From NCBI GenBank assembly GCA_964431265.1, contig CAYSJF010000001.1:1358-65357 (forward strand): a DNA stretch of 64,000 nucleotides, read 5' to 3'. The position numbers were made by a program, and so were the translations under genes. The DNA is from an uncultured Alistipes sp. GTDB lineage: Bacteria > Bacteroidota > Bacteroidia > Bacteroidales > Rikenellaceae. Below the pieces are notes generated by a model, which had not been told where the DNA came from, ran no database searches, and was given only the letters and a program-made list of their open reading frames with translations. This document shows, piece by piece, positions 26,556 to 35,368 of the stretch (positions are counted from its first letter, which is position 1; each line of letters begins with the position of its first letter).

Positions 26556-28523
26556 TTATTCGTTTTGCATTTTCGACCAATACATGTCGAATTCGATATA
26601 TCCGGCGCGGGCGGTATTGGCCAATCCCGTCGACAAATCGGCACACGTAATGTCGCGGATGACGATATAGCCCGTCTTGGCGAAATCGGAGACAGTCGTC
26701 GGCTTGCCGCCCGCCGTATAACTCGAATAGCTTGCGACAAGAACGCTACCCTTCACCCAAACGCTGGCAGCTTCCGCCGTGCCCAGAGCCGGACCTCCCG
26801 AAGAAGGCACCGCACCCTCGTAATTCATTGTCTCGATAGCTCCCGTGCGGATCGCTTCAGCCGTTTCATCTGAAGTTACCACGCGGTACATCATGATAGG
26901 CGTACCGAACGTCCCCGGTAAAGCCGTGGCCTTGTCGTTGACATAGCGGAAATGATTCTTCAACTGATTAGCCGTATTGGCGCAGCCTGCAATGGAGAGT
27001 TTGTGCGACGAGTTGGCTATAAAGAAGACATAGGGCTTCACGGCGTAATATTCATCCGAAGAAAGCACACTCTTGGTCAACGTATTGCCCGCCGTAACCG
27101 CGGTGTTCGCTCCGCTTGCGGCATAAGGATCGAGGTTCGTGTCGAGCCATTCGTCGGTCGAAACGACACGTCCCAGATCGGGATAGAAGAATGCATTGGC
27201 CGCGGCATATTCCGTATAGGAAGAAGAGGAGTTGGAACCCAAGCCCACACGGATACCCTTGAAGAAGTAGAACGGATATACCGTAGTCTTGCCTATTTCG
27301 AGCTGTTCGCCGCCGTTGTGGAGGGCGACCACGGAGACTTCCGAGGCGGTGTCGAACGTCACGCCGTCGGGCACGGTGAACTTCAGCTCCGAGTCGGTGG
27401 CGCCGGCGAGCACTTCGGCTTCGACGCGCTCGTCGCCATACTGCAGTTCGATGCTCTCGACGACCGACAGACCGGTGCCCGTCACGGTGACGGTCTTGCC
27501 CAAGTAGAACTTGCCGTCCTCCACGGTCATCTGCCCGAATTCAGGGACGATGATCGTGGACAGCGGCGTCGTATCGACACGCCAGGCCTCGGCAAGAATC
27601 GCCGTCTGCACAAGCGGTGCGATGCCGTATTCGACGGCCAGAGCCTTGGTCTGCACGGCGGGATCAGCCTGCTCGATCGTGGCCGGGAAGCGCACCTTGA
27701 TCGTTTCGGCGCTCTTCTCCACCAGAGTCAGCGTCGTTTCGCCCCACTTCACGGCATTCACCAGATCGAGATTGAAGCCCTGCAGCTCCAGTTCGTCGCC
27801 GACGGCCGAATGCTCACCCTCGGCCTGCTCCGGAGCCAAGAATGCCGGCACATGCAGCCAGAAAAGCGCTTCGCCCGTGACGTCGATGGTCGCACTGCCC
27901 CACTCGGCCGCGATGGCCGTCTCCACGTCGGGCGCGGAGGCCGTACCGGCCGGCACGAGGAACTTCACGAAAGCCCCCGCCTCGTCGACCGCCGTGAAGT
28001 CGGCGGCTTCGATCGTGGCGCTGCCGAAGCGGACGCGGGTGATCTGGCCGAGGTTACGGCCCGAGAGGGTGATTTCGGTGCCCACCGTACCCCCGGCAGG
28101 GGCATAGCCCGTGACGATGGCGTCGGTGACGGGCACCGTGACGAAATAGTTGTAGGCGAAAACCTGCGTCTGCGCCTGATCGTAGGCCCGCAGCTTCACG
28201 GCATAGGGCAGATCGTTCTGCGCATAGTCGAGCGCCGGAACCTTGAATTTCAACTCCTTGATGTTCTGCGCGGTCAGCTCCACTTCGATGTCGTCCATCG
28301 TCACGGAGCCGATGCGGTCGAGATTGAAGCCCTGCACCGAGACCTCGGTGCCGATGTAGGCCCGCACGCTGCCGCTCTCGTTCGACAGGGGCGAAAGGGT
28401 CGCCGAGTTGAGCGCCGGCGTGCGCTGCGTATCTTCGGCGTCGATGAATCCGGAGCGGTCGGCACAACCGAAACCCAACAACGCTCCGGCGACGATAGCG
28501 AACAGTTTATGATCGATATTCAT
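26556..28523 (-). CDS. Surface glycan-binding lipoprotein with IPT/TIG repeats
   Basis: Lipobox FGC, repeated GxxxTLxGxNLxxI Ig-like motifs, located downstream of susD. Confidence 0.78.
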   Translation of the reverse strand: MNIDHKLFAIVAGALLGFGCADRSGFIDAEDTQRTPALNSATLSPLSNESGSVRAYIGTEVSVQGFNLDRIGSVTMDDIEVELTAQNIKELKFKVPALDYAQNDLPYAVKLRAYDQAQTQVFAYNYFVTVPVTDAIVTGYAPAGGTVGTEITLSGRNLGQITRVRFGSATIEAADFTAVDEAGAFVKFLVPAGTASAPDVETAIAAEWGSATIDVTGEALFWLHVPAFLAPEQAEGEHSAVGDELELQGFNLDLVNAVKWGETTLTLVEKSAETIKVRFPATIEQADPAVQTKALAVEYGIAPLVQTAILAEAWRVDTTPLSTIIVPEFGQMTVEDGKFYLGKTVTVTGTGLSVVESIELQYGDERVEAEVLAGATDSELKFTVPDGVTFDTASEVSVVALHNGGEQLEIGKTTVYPFYFFKGIRVGLGSNSSSSYTEYAAANAFFYPDLGRVVSTDEWLDTNLDPYAASGANTAVTAGNTLTKSVLSSDEYYAVKPYVFFIANSSHKLSIAGCANTANQLKNHFRYVNDKATALPGTFGTPIMMYRVVTSDETAEAIRTGAIETMNYEGAVPSSGGPALGTAEAASVWVKGSVLVASYSSYTAGGKPTTVSDFAKTGYIVIRDITCADLSTGLANTARAGYIEFDMYWSKMQNE

Positions 28524-28535
28524 AGTTTTGCACTT

Positions 28536-30230
28536 TTAATATTTGTAGTCCTCTTTCTGCCAGTAGACGTTGTAGGTCACGTCGCTCAACGCCGGAGCCG
28601 TACCGTTGAGCGGCCGGTAGTTGGCCGACACGATATGCACGAAACCGATGCGTTTCACGTTGGCGAGCGCGTCGTCGGTCATACCCTTGTAGTTGTAGTA
28701 AAGTACCAGCAGCACCGCGTCGACGGGCGTCGAGAGCGACTCCACGCCGGGCGTGAAGATGTTCGGCGCCCACACGCTGCTGTTGGTACTCGCCGTGGGG
28801 GTCTTGAGATTGACGCCCGCCACGGTCTTCTGCTCCAGATCGATCGGGAACGTCGTCTCGTCGATCGACAGGAAGTCGAGGTTGCGGATCTTGTCGGCCA
28901 GCGCCTGCTCGTTGGGAGCCGCCGGATCGAGATAGCGGAACGTCAGTGCCGGCGTGCCGTAGCCGTTGCCCGGCAGCAGGCGATAGGAGGTGCTGCTGCT
29001 CGCCTCGAACGGGAAATTCTTGAGCTGGCCGTTCGAACCCGCCGGGGAGTTGAGCTGCAGGGTGCAGTAGTTGGCCTGCCCCGACGTACCGGTATTGCCG
29101 CTGAAGAAGAAGTAGGGATTCACCGAGTCGTACTCCTCTTCCGTGACGCTCGGGACATTGTTCTTCGAGCAGACGGCCCCCAGCTTCGCATACGACACGG
29201 GGTCGACCTCCGTGCGCCAGCGGTTGTTGTGGTAGACCGTGCCCGTCTCCGGCGAGAAGAAACTTTCGAGCCGCAGGCAGGCGAAGTTCTGACAGAAAGT
29301 GGTGATGCCCTCCCAAATCTTGAATGCCAGCACCGTGGCGGGAATGGTCTCGCAGAGGGTCGCCGACTCGAAGTCGTCGAAATAGTCGATCGCCAGCGAC
29401 GTGGTGTTGGCGTCGCCCTCCTCGAAACCCTCGACCATCGGCACGGTGAAGCGCAGCTCCGTGGCGCTCCGCGAAGCGATGTTGGCCTTGACGTCGCCGA
29501 CCCTGACCGCCGTGATCTGGTCGAGATTCGTACCCTGCAGCGTCGTGATGCGGCCCACGATGAGCCGGTCGAACGTCAGTTCCGCAGGCGTGGGTACCAA
29601 ACGCACGATCCCGATCACGGGAGCTTCGTCGAGCGGACTCACCACCTGATCGTCGCCCTCGTCATAGCCGAACGTGATGCGGGCCGTCGAAGTCTCGACA
29701 TAGGGCACGCGAACGACCACCTCGGCGGCATCCTGGCTCAGGATTTCAGCCTCGCGGCCCTCCTCGGCACCCTCGGGCGTGACGATCACCTTGCGGATGA
29801 CGGCCATATACCGCCCCTTGAGGGTCAGTTCGCCGAACATGTCGACCTGGGCGGGCAACTCCTCGGCGCGGATCTCCGGCACCGGATAGTTGATCGTCAG
29901 CGCGGCGTCCGAAGCGGTTCGGCCCACGGCGTTGACCAATTCGATGACACCCGTGCGGGCGTCGCGCGTGGCGACGATCGAAAGCTGCGTGTTCGACACG
30001 CGTTCGAGAATCCGCACCTCGCGACCGCCGATGCTGGCCGAAGTCACGGCATGCAGGTGGCGGCCCGTGACCACGATCGGGGTATCCTCGCCCGAAAGGG
30101 CCGACTGGGGAGCGAACGATTCGATGACCGGAGCTTCGGCCACGTACTCCTCGACATAGGTATCGGCACAGCCCGTCGCAAGCAGCGCGACGGCGGCCAG
30201 AGCAGCTATATAATTGTGAAATCTTTTCAT
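28536..30230 (-). CDS. Surface glycan-binding lipoprotein with IPT/TIG repeats
   Basis: Lipobox TGC, PVIESFAP...VTGRHL and LQGTNLDQI motifs, immediately downstream of susD. Confidence 0.8.
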   Translation of the reverse strand: MKRFHNYIAALAAVALLATGCADTYVEEYVAEAPVIESFAPQSALSGEDTPIVVTGRHLHAVTSASIGGREVRILERVSNTQLSIVATRDARTGVIELVNAVGRTASDAALTINYPVPEIRAEELPAQVDMFGELTLKGRYMAVIRKVIVTPEGAEEGREAEILSQDAAEVVVRVPYVETSTARITFGYDEGDDQVVSPLDEAPVIGIVRLVPTPAELTFDRLIVGRITTLQGTNLDQITAVRVGDVKANIASRSATELRFTVPMVEGFEEGDANTTSLAIDYFDDFESATLCETIPATVLAFKIWEGITTFCQNFACLRLESFFSPETGTVYHNNRWRTEVDPVSYAKLGAVCSKNNVPSVTEEEYDSVNPYFFFSGNTGTSGQANYCTLQLNSPAGSNGQLKNFPFEASSSTSYRLLPGNGYGTPALTFRYLDPAAPNEQALADKIRNLDFLSIDETTFPIDLEQKTVAGVNLKTPTASTNSSVWAPNIFTPGVESLSTPVDAVLLVLYYNYKGMTDDALANVKRIGFVHIVSANYRPLNGTAPALSDVTYNVYWQKEDYKY

Positions 30231-30242
30231 AAGGCGCAATCT

Positions 30243-31748
30243 TTAGTAGCCGACATTCTGTGCCACGTCGGGGTTGATATTGATGACCGAGAGCGGCACG
30301 GGCAGCATGGTCTGCCATTCGTCGATGGGGTTCACATAGCCGTAAGTGGCATAGAACGCGTTCTCGCGTTCGAGCAGATACTCGTTGACCGTCTCCACGG
30401 CGATGCCCCAGCGCTTGAGGTCGAACCAGCGCTGGTTCTCGAACGCCAGTTCGAGGCGGCGCTCCTCGCGCAGCGCCGTGCGGAACTGCGTGAGCGATCC
30501 GAAGTCGGAGAGCGCATAGGCCGCTATTCCGGCCCGCTCGCGGGTCATGTTGAGATACTTGACCGACTCGGCCGTGGGGCCGCCCGCCAGCTCGGCCGTA
30601 GCCTCGGCGTAGAGCAACAGCAGGTCGCCCAGACGGATCACGGGCCAGTCGTTCTCGCCGTCGTACTCGGTCAGCACGGGCGAGAGGAATTTGGTGACGT
30701 AGCGCGCCGAAACATCCTTGCCGGTGGTGTTGTTCCGGTATTTCTCGGCAAACGACACGGCAATGCGCTTGTCGTCGGCGTTCTTCTTGAACGTCGCCAG
30801 CAGGTCGTCCGAGGGATAGTTGTAGTGCTTGGGCGAGCCGATGATGACGTTGCCGCCGTTGTTGAGCGGGCCGAACAGGCCGCCGAACGGCGAACCCACG
30901 CCCTTGTTGCCGGCCATGTAACGCACGGCGAAGACGATCTCGGCGTTCATCTCGTTGCGGATCGAGAACACCTCGTCGTAGGGCACCAGCTCGGCGCCGC
31001 TCTGCGGATTGCCCGCCGCGACGATCGCATCGTGCAGCAGGTCGGCCGCTTCGGCATAGCGCTCATCGCCCGCGGCATAGCGCGTCATGCAGACCTTGGC
31101 CAGCAGCGCCTTGGCTGCGGGCATCGTGGCGCGTCCCAGATCGGCCGAAGCGCTCTTTTCGGGCAGCAGCTCTCGATCGACGACCTCCCGCAAATCCTCT
31201 TCGACCAGATCGTAAATCTCCGACGAAGCCACACGCTGCATCGTGCGCGATTCGGCGGCCGTGAGCTTGCGCGTCACCTTGAAAGCCGGCCCCCACAGCC
31301 GCACGACGTTGAAGTAGTTGAGCGCCCGCAGGAAGCGCGCCTCGCCCTCGTACCGGGCCGCCAGCGCCGCGTCGTCGACCGCACCGATGTTCGCCAGCAC
31401 GTCGTTGGCGCAGGCGATCACACGATAGGATGCCGTCCAGTACTTGTCGATCCACGCATGGGAACTCAACACCGTATTCTGGTCGAGCTGCTCGATGAGC
31501 TTGCTCTCCGCAGCGTTGGAACCGCTGATGCGCATGCGGGTGTTGTCCGAGCGCAGCTCGGTCATGGCCCACTCGTAGTAGAGCACGTCGTGCATCGAAC
31601 CGTAGGCGCCCATCAGCAGGCTGTTGACACCCGCCGCATCCTTGGCATAGCCGTCGACCGTCGGTTCGGAATATACCTCGCGATCCATCTCGCAGGCCGC
31701 AAGACCGACGATCGCGAGAATCGGAATGATGTATTTGGTGATTTTCAT
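30243..31748 (-). CDS. susD: RagB/SusD family lipoprotein
   Basis: Lipobox LAAC, EARFLRALNYFNVVRLWG, IRLGDLLLLYAEA, ERRLELAFENQRWFDLKR, QNVGY. Confidence 0.95.
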   Translation of the reverse strand: MKITKYIIPILAIVGLAACEMDREVYSEPTVDGYAKDAAGVNSLLMGAYGSMHDVLYYEWAMTELRSDNTRMRISGSNAAESKLIEQLDQNTVLSSHAWIDKYWTASYRVIACANDVLANIGAVDDAALAARYEGEARFLRALNYFNVVRLWGPAFKVTRKLTAAESRTMQRVASSEIYDLVEEDLREVVDRELLPEKSASADLGRATMPAAKALLAKVCMTRYAAGDERYAEAADLLHDAIVAAGNPQSGAELVPYDEVFSIRNEMNAEIVFAVRYMAGNKGVGSPFGGLFGPLNNGGNVIIGSPKHYNYPSDDLLATFKKNADDKRIAVSFAEKYRNNTTGKDVSARYVTKFLSPVLTEYDGENDWPVIRLGDLLLLYAEATAELAGGPTAESVKYLNMTRERAGIAAYALSDFGSLTQFRTALREERRLELAFENQRWFDLKRWGIAVETVNEYLLERENAFYATYGYVNPIDEWQTMLPVPLSVININPDVAQNVGY

Positions 31749-31761
31749 GACATCGGCGTTT

Positions 31762-34700
31762 TTAGAAGTTGAGATCGAGGCCGAACGTGACCGTCGACGT
31801 GAGCGGGAAACCGCCGCGCTGGTAGCCGGCGATCATCGGGCTGGCATAGTTGCCCGAAGTCATGCGCGCCTCGGGGTTGATGCCCCGGTAGCCCGAACTC
31901 CAGATGTAGAACAGGTTGTTGCCCGACGCATAGATGCGCAGACCCGACAGATGGAGCTTGCGCACGATGCGCTTGGGGAACGTATAACCCAGCGTCACGT
32001 TGCGCAGGCAGGCATACGAACCGTTCTCCAGCCCGTAGTCCGTGAGCAGCATGTCGGTACCCAGCTTTTCGTAGGGGGTGCGTCCGTCGCCCGGATGCTC
32101 GGCCGAAATCCAGCGATCCTTGACATAGGCCTTGTTGTAGCGCATGGTCTCGGTATAGTAGAGGTCGCCGTTGAAGATCGTCACGCCCTGCACGCCCTGA
32201 ATGAGGAACGAGAAGTCGAAATCGCCGATCTTGAACGTGTTGGTCATGCCGTAGGTGAACGACGGATAGGGATTGCCCAGCACCATGCGGTCGTTGTCGT
32301 CCAACACGCCGTCGCCGTTGGCGTCCAGCACGCGCAGACCGCCCGGCACGTCGGTCGAGAAGTGGGGGTTGGCGGCGATCTCCTCCTGCGAATTCCACAC
32401 GCCGATGGTCTTGAAGCCGTAGTACTGGATCAGCGGATCGCCCACGCGGGCCAGGTAGTTCTCCGTGCGTTCGCCCTGGGTGATGACCTGCTTCTCGCCG
32501 CCCAGTTCGAGCAGCTTGTTGCGCGAGAGCGAGAAGTTGACCGAGGTCTCCCACTTGAAGCGGCGGCGGTCGAAGTTGTAGGTGTCGAGCTGGATCTCGA
32601 CGCCCGAGTTGCGTACGCGGCCGATGTTGTTCCAGTAGTTGGTATAGCCCGAGAACGACTGCATGGGTTGCTCGAAGAGCAGCGCGCGGGTCACCGAATA
32701 GTAGCCGTCGACCGAAAGATTGATGCGGTTGCCGATGAAGCCGGCGTCGAGACCGAAGTTGAACTCGTCGGTCTGCTCCCACGTGATGTCGCGGTTGGCC
32801 AGCACGGCCGCCGGAGCCACGCCGGGCTGCAACGATCCGTTGCCCTCGCCGAGCACGTAGTTCTGTGCCCGATACACCTCCAGCGCCGCATTGTAGTCGA
32901 TGCTGTTGTTGCCCGTCACGCCATACGACGCACGCAACTTGAGGTTCGAGATATCGTTCCGGCCCTTGAGGAACCGCTCCTCGGAGATGCGCCAGCCCAG
33001 CGACACCGAGGGGAACCAGGCGTTGCGGTGACCGCCGGCGAAGAGCGACGACGAGTCGAGACGGATCGACGCCGAAAGCAGGTAGCGGCCGTCATAAGCA
33101 TAGTTCACGCGCGCCAGGAACGACTGCAGCACCACATCGGGATAGCGGAACGTACCCGTACCGGCGCCGTTGCCGTTGTTCGACGCGGCGATGTTGAACA
33201 CCGTGGCGGCATTGAGCGTCTGGATGTCGTCGGTCGGGAATCCCGTACCCGTCAGCGCCACGCGCTGCACGCGGGTCGTCTCGGCGGTATATCCGGCCAG
33301 CGCCTCGAAGTCGTGGCGGCCCCACGTGCGGTGGTAATCGAAGGTGTTTTCGCTCAACAGATCGACGTAGAGCGTACTGAAGAACGTGGCGTTGCTCGCC
33401 TCGCCGTCCTTGGTGGCGTTCTGCTTGGCATAGTAGTAGGAGGGCGAATACTTCACGTTGAAGCCGTTGGAAGTGCGGAACGTCAGCCCCTTGCAGAGGT
33501 CGATCGTCAGATAGATGTTGCCCAGCCCCGAGAACGACTCGTTCCAGCGCTTGGTGTTGGCCATCACGCTGCGGGGGTTGTTGTTGGCCGACGAGAAAGG
33601 ATTGGCGTTCTCCCACTTGGCGTTGTCGTCGTCGGAGGGCGCCGTGGGCACCGAAATGGCGTTGAAGTGGCTGCCGCGGGCGAAGCCCTCATAACCGGTC
33701 AGGGCCGTAGTCCAGTCGTTGTGGCTGACGGGCATGAACGAGGGGGTGCGGTAGAAGTCGATGAAGTTGTTCTTCGGACGCGACGCCTGCTGGTAGGTAC
33801 CCGCGAGGTTGACGCCGAACTTCACGGCTTTCGACAGATCGACATCCATCTTGGTGCGGAAGTTGACCTTCTGCACCTCGTTCTGAAGCATGATGCCCTG
33901 ATCGCGGGTGTAGGCGCCCGAAGCGTAGTAGCGGAACGCCTTCTTGCCGCCCGTGAGCGAGAACTGCACGTTGGTGATGCCCGCCAGATCGCGCAGCGCT
34001 TCGCGCTGCCAGTCGGTCGAACCGATGTTGTGCTCGATCCACGATGCGGCGCGATAGTTGGCACCCGGCACGAAATTGGAACCCACGGCGCCCACCGACT
34101 CCTGCCACTGCAGCAGCTGCAGGTGCTCCGACGAGGTCATCAGGTCGTGCAGCTGGTAGGCCCACTTGAGACCCTGCGACACCTTGATCGAATATTTGGC
34201 CTTGTCGGCCTGCCCGCTCTTGGTCGTCACCATGATGACACCGTTGGCGGCGCGCGAACCGTAGATAGCGGCCGAGGCGGCGTCCTTGAGCACCTCGATC
34301 GACTTGATATCGGCCGGATTGAGATCCGACAGACCGTCGGGCACCGGATAGCCGTCGATGATGACCAGCGGCGCGCTGTCGGCCGAAATCGACCCCGTAC
34401 CGCGCACGCGGATCGAAGGCGACACGCCCACCTCCGAGGTGATGTTGTTGATGTTCAGACCCGAAATCTGTCCCTGCAGGGCGGTCGCGATATCCGACAC
34501 GGGGCGGTCGCTCAACACGTCGCCGCCGATCTTGGAGATAGCGCCCGTCAGATGCGACTTCATCTGCGTGCCGTAGCCGACCACCACCACTTCGTCGAGA
34601 GCCGTGGCGTCGGCTTCCAGCACGACGTCGATCACATCCCGCTTGCCGACCTTGATCTCGACCGTCTTATACCCCACATAGGAGAATACCAGGACGGCGT

Positions 34701-34911
34701 TTTCATCGGGTACGGCAAGCGCATAGGAGCCGTCTACGCCCGTCGCTACACCGGTCGGGGGGGGGTCGCGCAGCACCACGGAAACACCTATAAGAGGCTC
34801 GTTACCGTCCGTAACGACACCTTTTACCGTGTGCTTCTGCGCGAACGCGGCCGTCGCACCGCACAGCAGCACGAGCGCGAGGGCCGACTTTCGCAAGAAA
34901 TTCTTAGCCAT
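31762..34911 (-). CDS. susC: SusC/RagA TonB-dependent transporter
   Basis: LDEVVVVGYG, IEVLKDAASAAIYGSRAANGVIMVTTK, LKLRASYG, C-terminal LDLNF. Start MAKNFLRK. Confidence 0.96.
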   Translation of the reverse strand: MAKNFLRKSALALVLLCGATAAFAQKHTVKGVVTDGNEPLIGVSVVLRDPPPTGVATGVDGSYALAVPDENAVLVFSYVGYKTVEIKVGKRDVIDVVLEADATALDEVVVVGYGTQMKSHLTGAISKIGGDVLSDRPVSDIATALQGQISGLNINNITSEVGVSPSIRVRGTGSISADSAPLVIIDGYPVPDGLSDLNPADIKSIEVLKDAASAAIYGSRAANGVIMVTTKSGQADKAKYSIKVSQGLKWAYQLHDLMTSSEHLQLLQWQESVGAVGSNFVPGANYRAASWIEHNIGSTDWQREALRDLAGITNVQFSLTGGKKAFRYYASGAYTRDQGIMLQNEVQKVNFRTKMDVDLSKAVKFGVNLAGTYQQASRPKNNFIDFYRTPSFMPVSHNDWTTALTGYEGFARGSHFNAISVPTAPSDDDNAKWENANPFSSANNNPRSVMANTKRWNESFSGLGNIYLTIDLCKGLTFRTSNGFNVKYSPSYYYAKQNATKDGEASNATFFSTLYVDLLSENTFDYHRTWGRHDFEALAGYTAETTRVQRVALTGTGFPTDDIQTLNAATVFNIAASNNGNGAGTGTFRYPDVVLQSFLARVNYAYDGRYLLSASIRLDSSSLFAGGHRNAWFPSVSLGWRISEERFLKGRNDISNLKLRASYGVTGNNSIDYNAALEVYRAQNYVLGEGNGSLQPGVAPAAVLANRDITWEQTDEFNFGLDAGFIGNRINLSVDGYYSVTRALLFEQPMQSFSGYTNYWNNIGRVRNSGVEIQLDTYNFDRRRFKWETSVNFSLSRNKLLELGGEKQVITQGERTENYLARVGDPLIQYYGFKTIGVWNSQEEIAANPHFSTDVPGGLRVLDANGDGVLDDNDRMVLGNPYPSFTYGMTNTFKIGDFDFSFLIQGVQGVTIFNGDLYYTETMRYNKAYVKDRWISAEHPGDGRTPYEKLGTDMLLTDYGLENGSYACLRNVTLGYTFPKRIVRKLHLSGLRIYASGNNLFYIWSSGYRGINPEARMTSGNYASPMIAGYQRGGFPLTSTVTFGLDLNF

Positions 34912-35022
34912 GAGTAGTTCGAAGGTTTTAGGTTTCTGTAGGTTTATGATTGGTTCGTATCTCTTTCCGATCGCGTTTTTCCACTCCGAGCGCCGCAGGG
35001 CGACGATCCTCGGTCGCCCGGA

Positions 35023-35068
35023 TTGGTTACCCAAAGTGGTTGACCAATTTCGGGCGTTGACAAAGTTA
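35023..35068 (-). promoter_or_regulatory. susC promoter: -7 box TAACTTTG (35061-35068) plus tandem FadR-type operators (35024, 35037)
   Basis: TGGTTACCCA and TGGTTGACCA lie 13 bp apart just downstream of the -7 box. Confidence 0.72.
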
Positions 35069-35275
35069 ATGTAAAAATCGAGACATACGCAAATTTATCG
35101 GACTATTTTTTCGCCCGAGCCGAATATTTTCCCCGAATACGGCTTTTCGGGCCGCGACTCCCCCGGCAGAGACCCGGCAGCTCGCCCCGCAGGCTGCGGC
35201 AGCGAAGCCCGCCCGAAGCGCATGTCGAAACACCTGCCGGAGCACCTGTCCCCTTAATAAATAGGTAGACATAAA

Positions 35276-35310
35276 CGATCCCGCCTGCAATGACCTTGCA
35301 GGCGGGATCG
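35276..35310 (-). terminator. Intrinsic terminator downstream of the S46 peptidase gene
   Basis: 15-bp stem CGATCCCGCCTGCAA/TTGCAGGCGGGATCG followed by TTTAT on the minus strand. Confidence 0.75.
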
Positions 35311-35368
35311 AATTCATCGGGCGGTATGGCTCGAACAGGTCGGCTCCGCCTCGGTTCGGAACAAGTTT

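Noticed and set aside
26952-34917. Very long plus-strand ORFs (1606 aa and 1063 aa), and similar ones at 21150-25026, 43583-46108, 52195-55545 and 61233-63884
   Set aside because: Antisense or off-frame shadows of well-supported genes. High GC3 removes stop codons, and the translations have no motifs.
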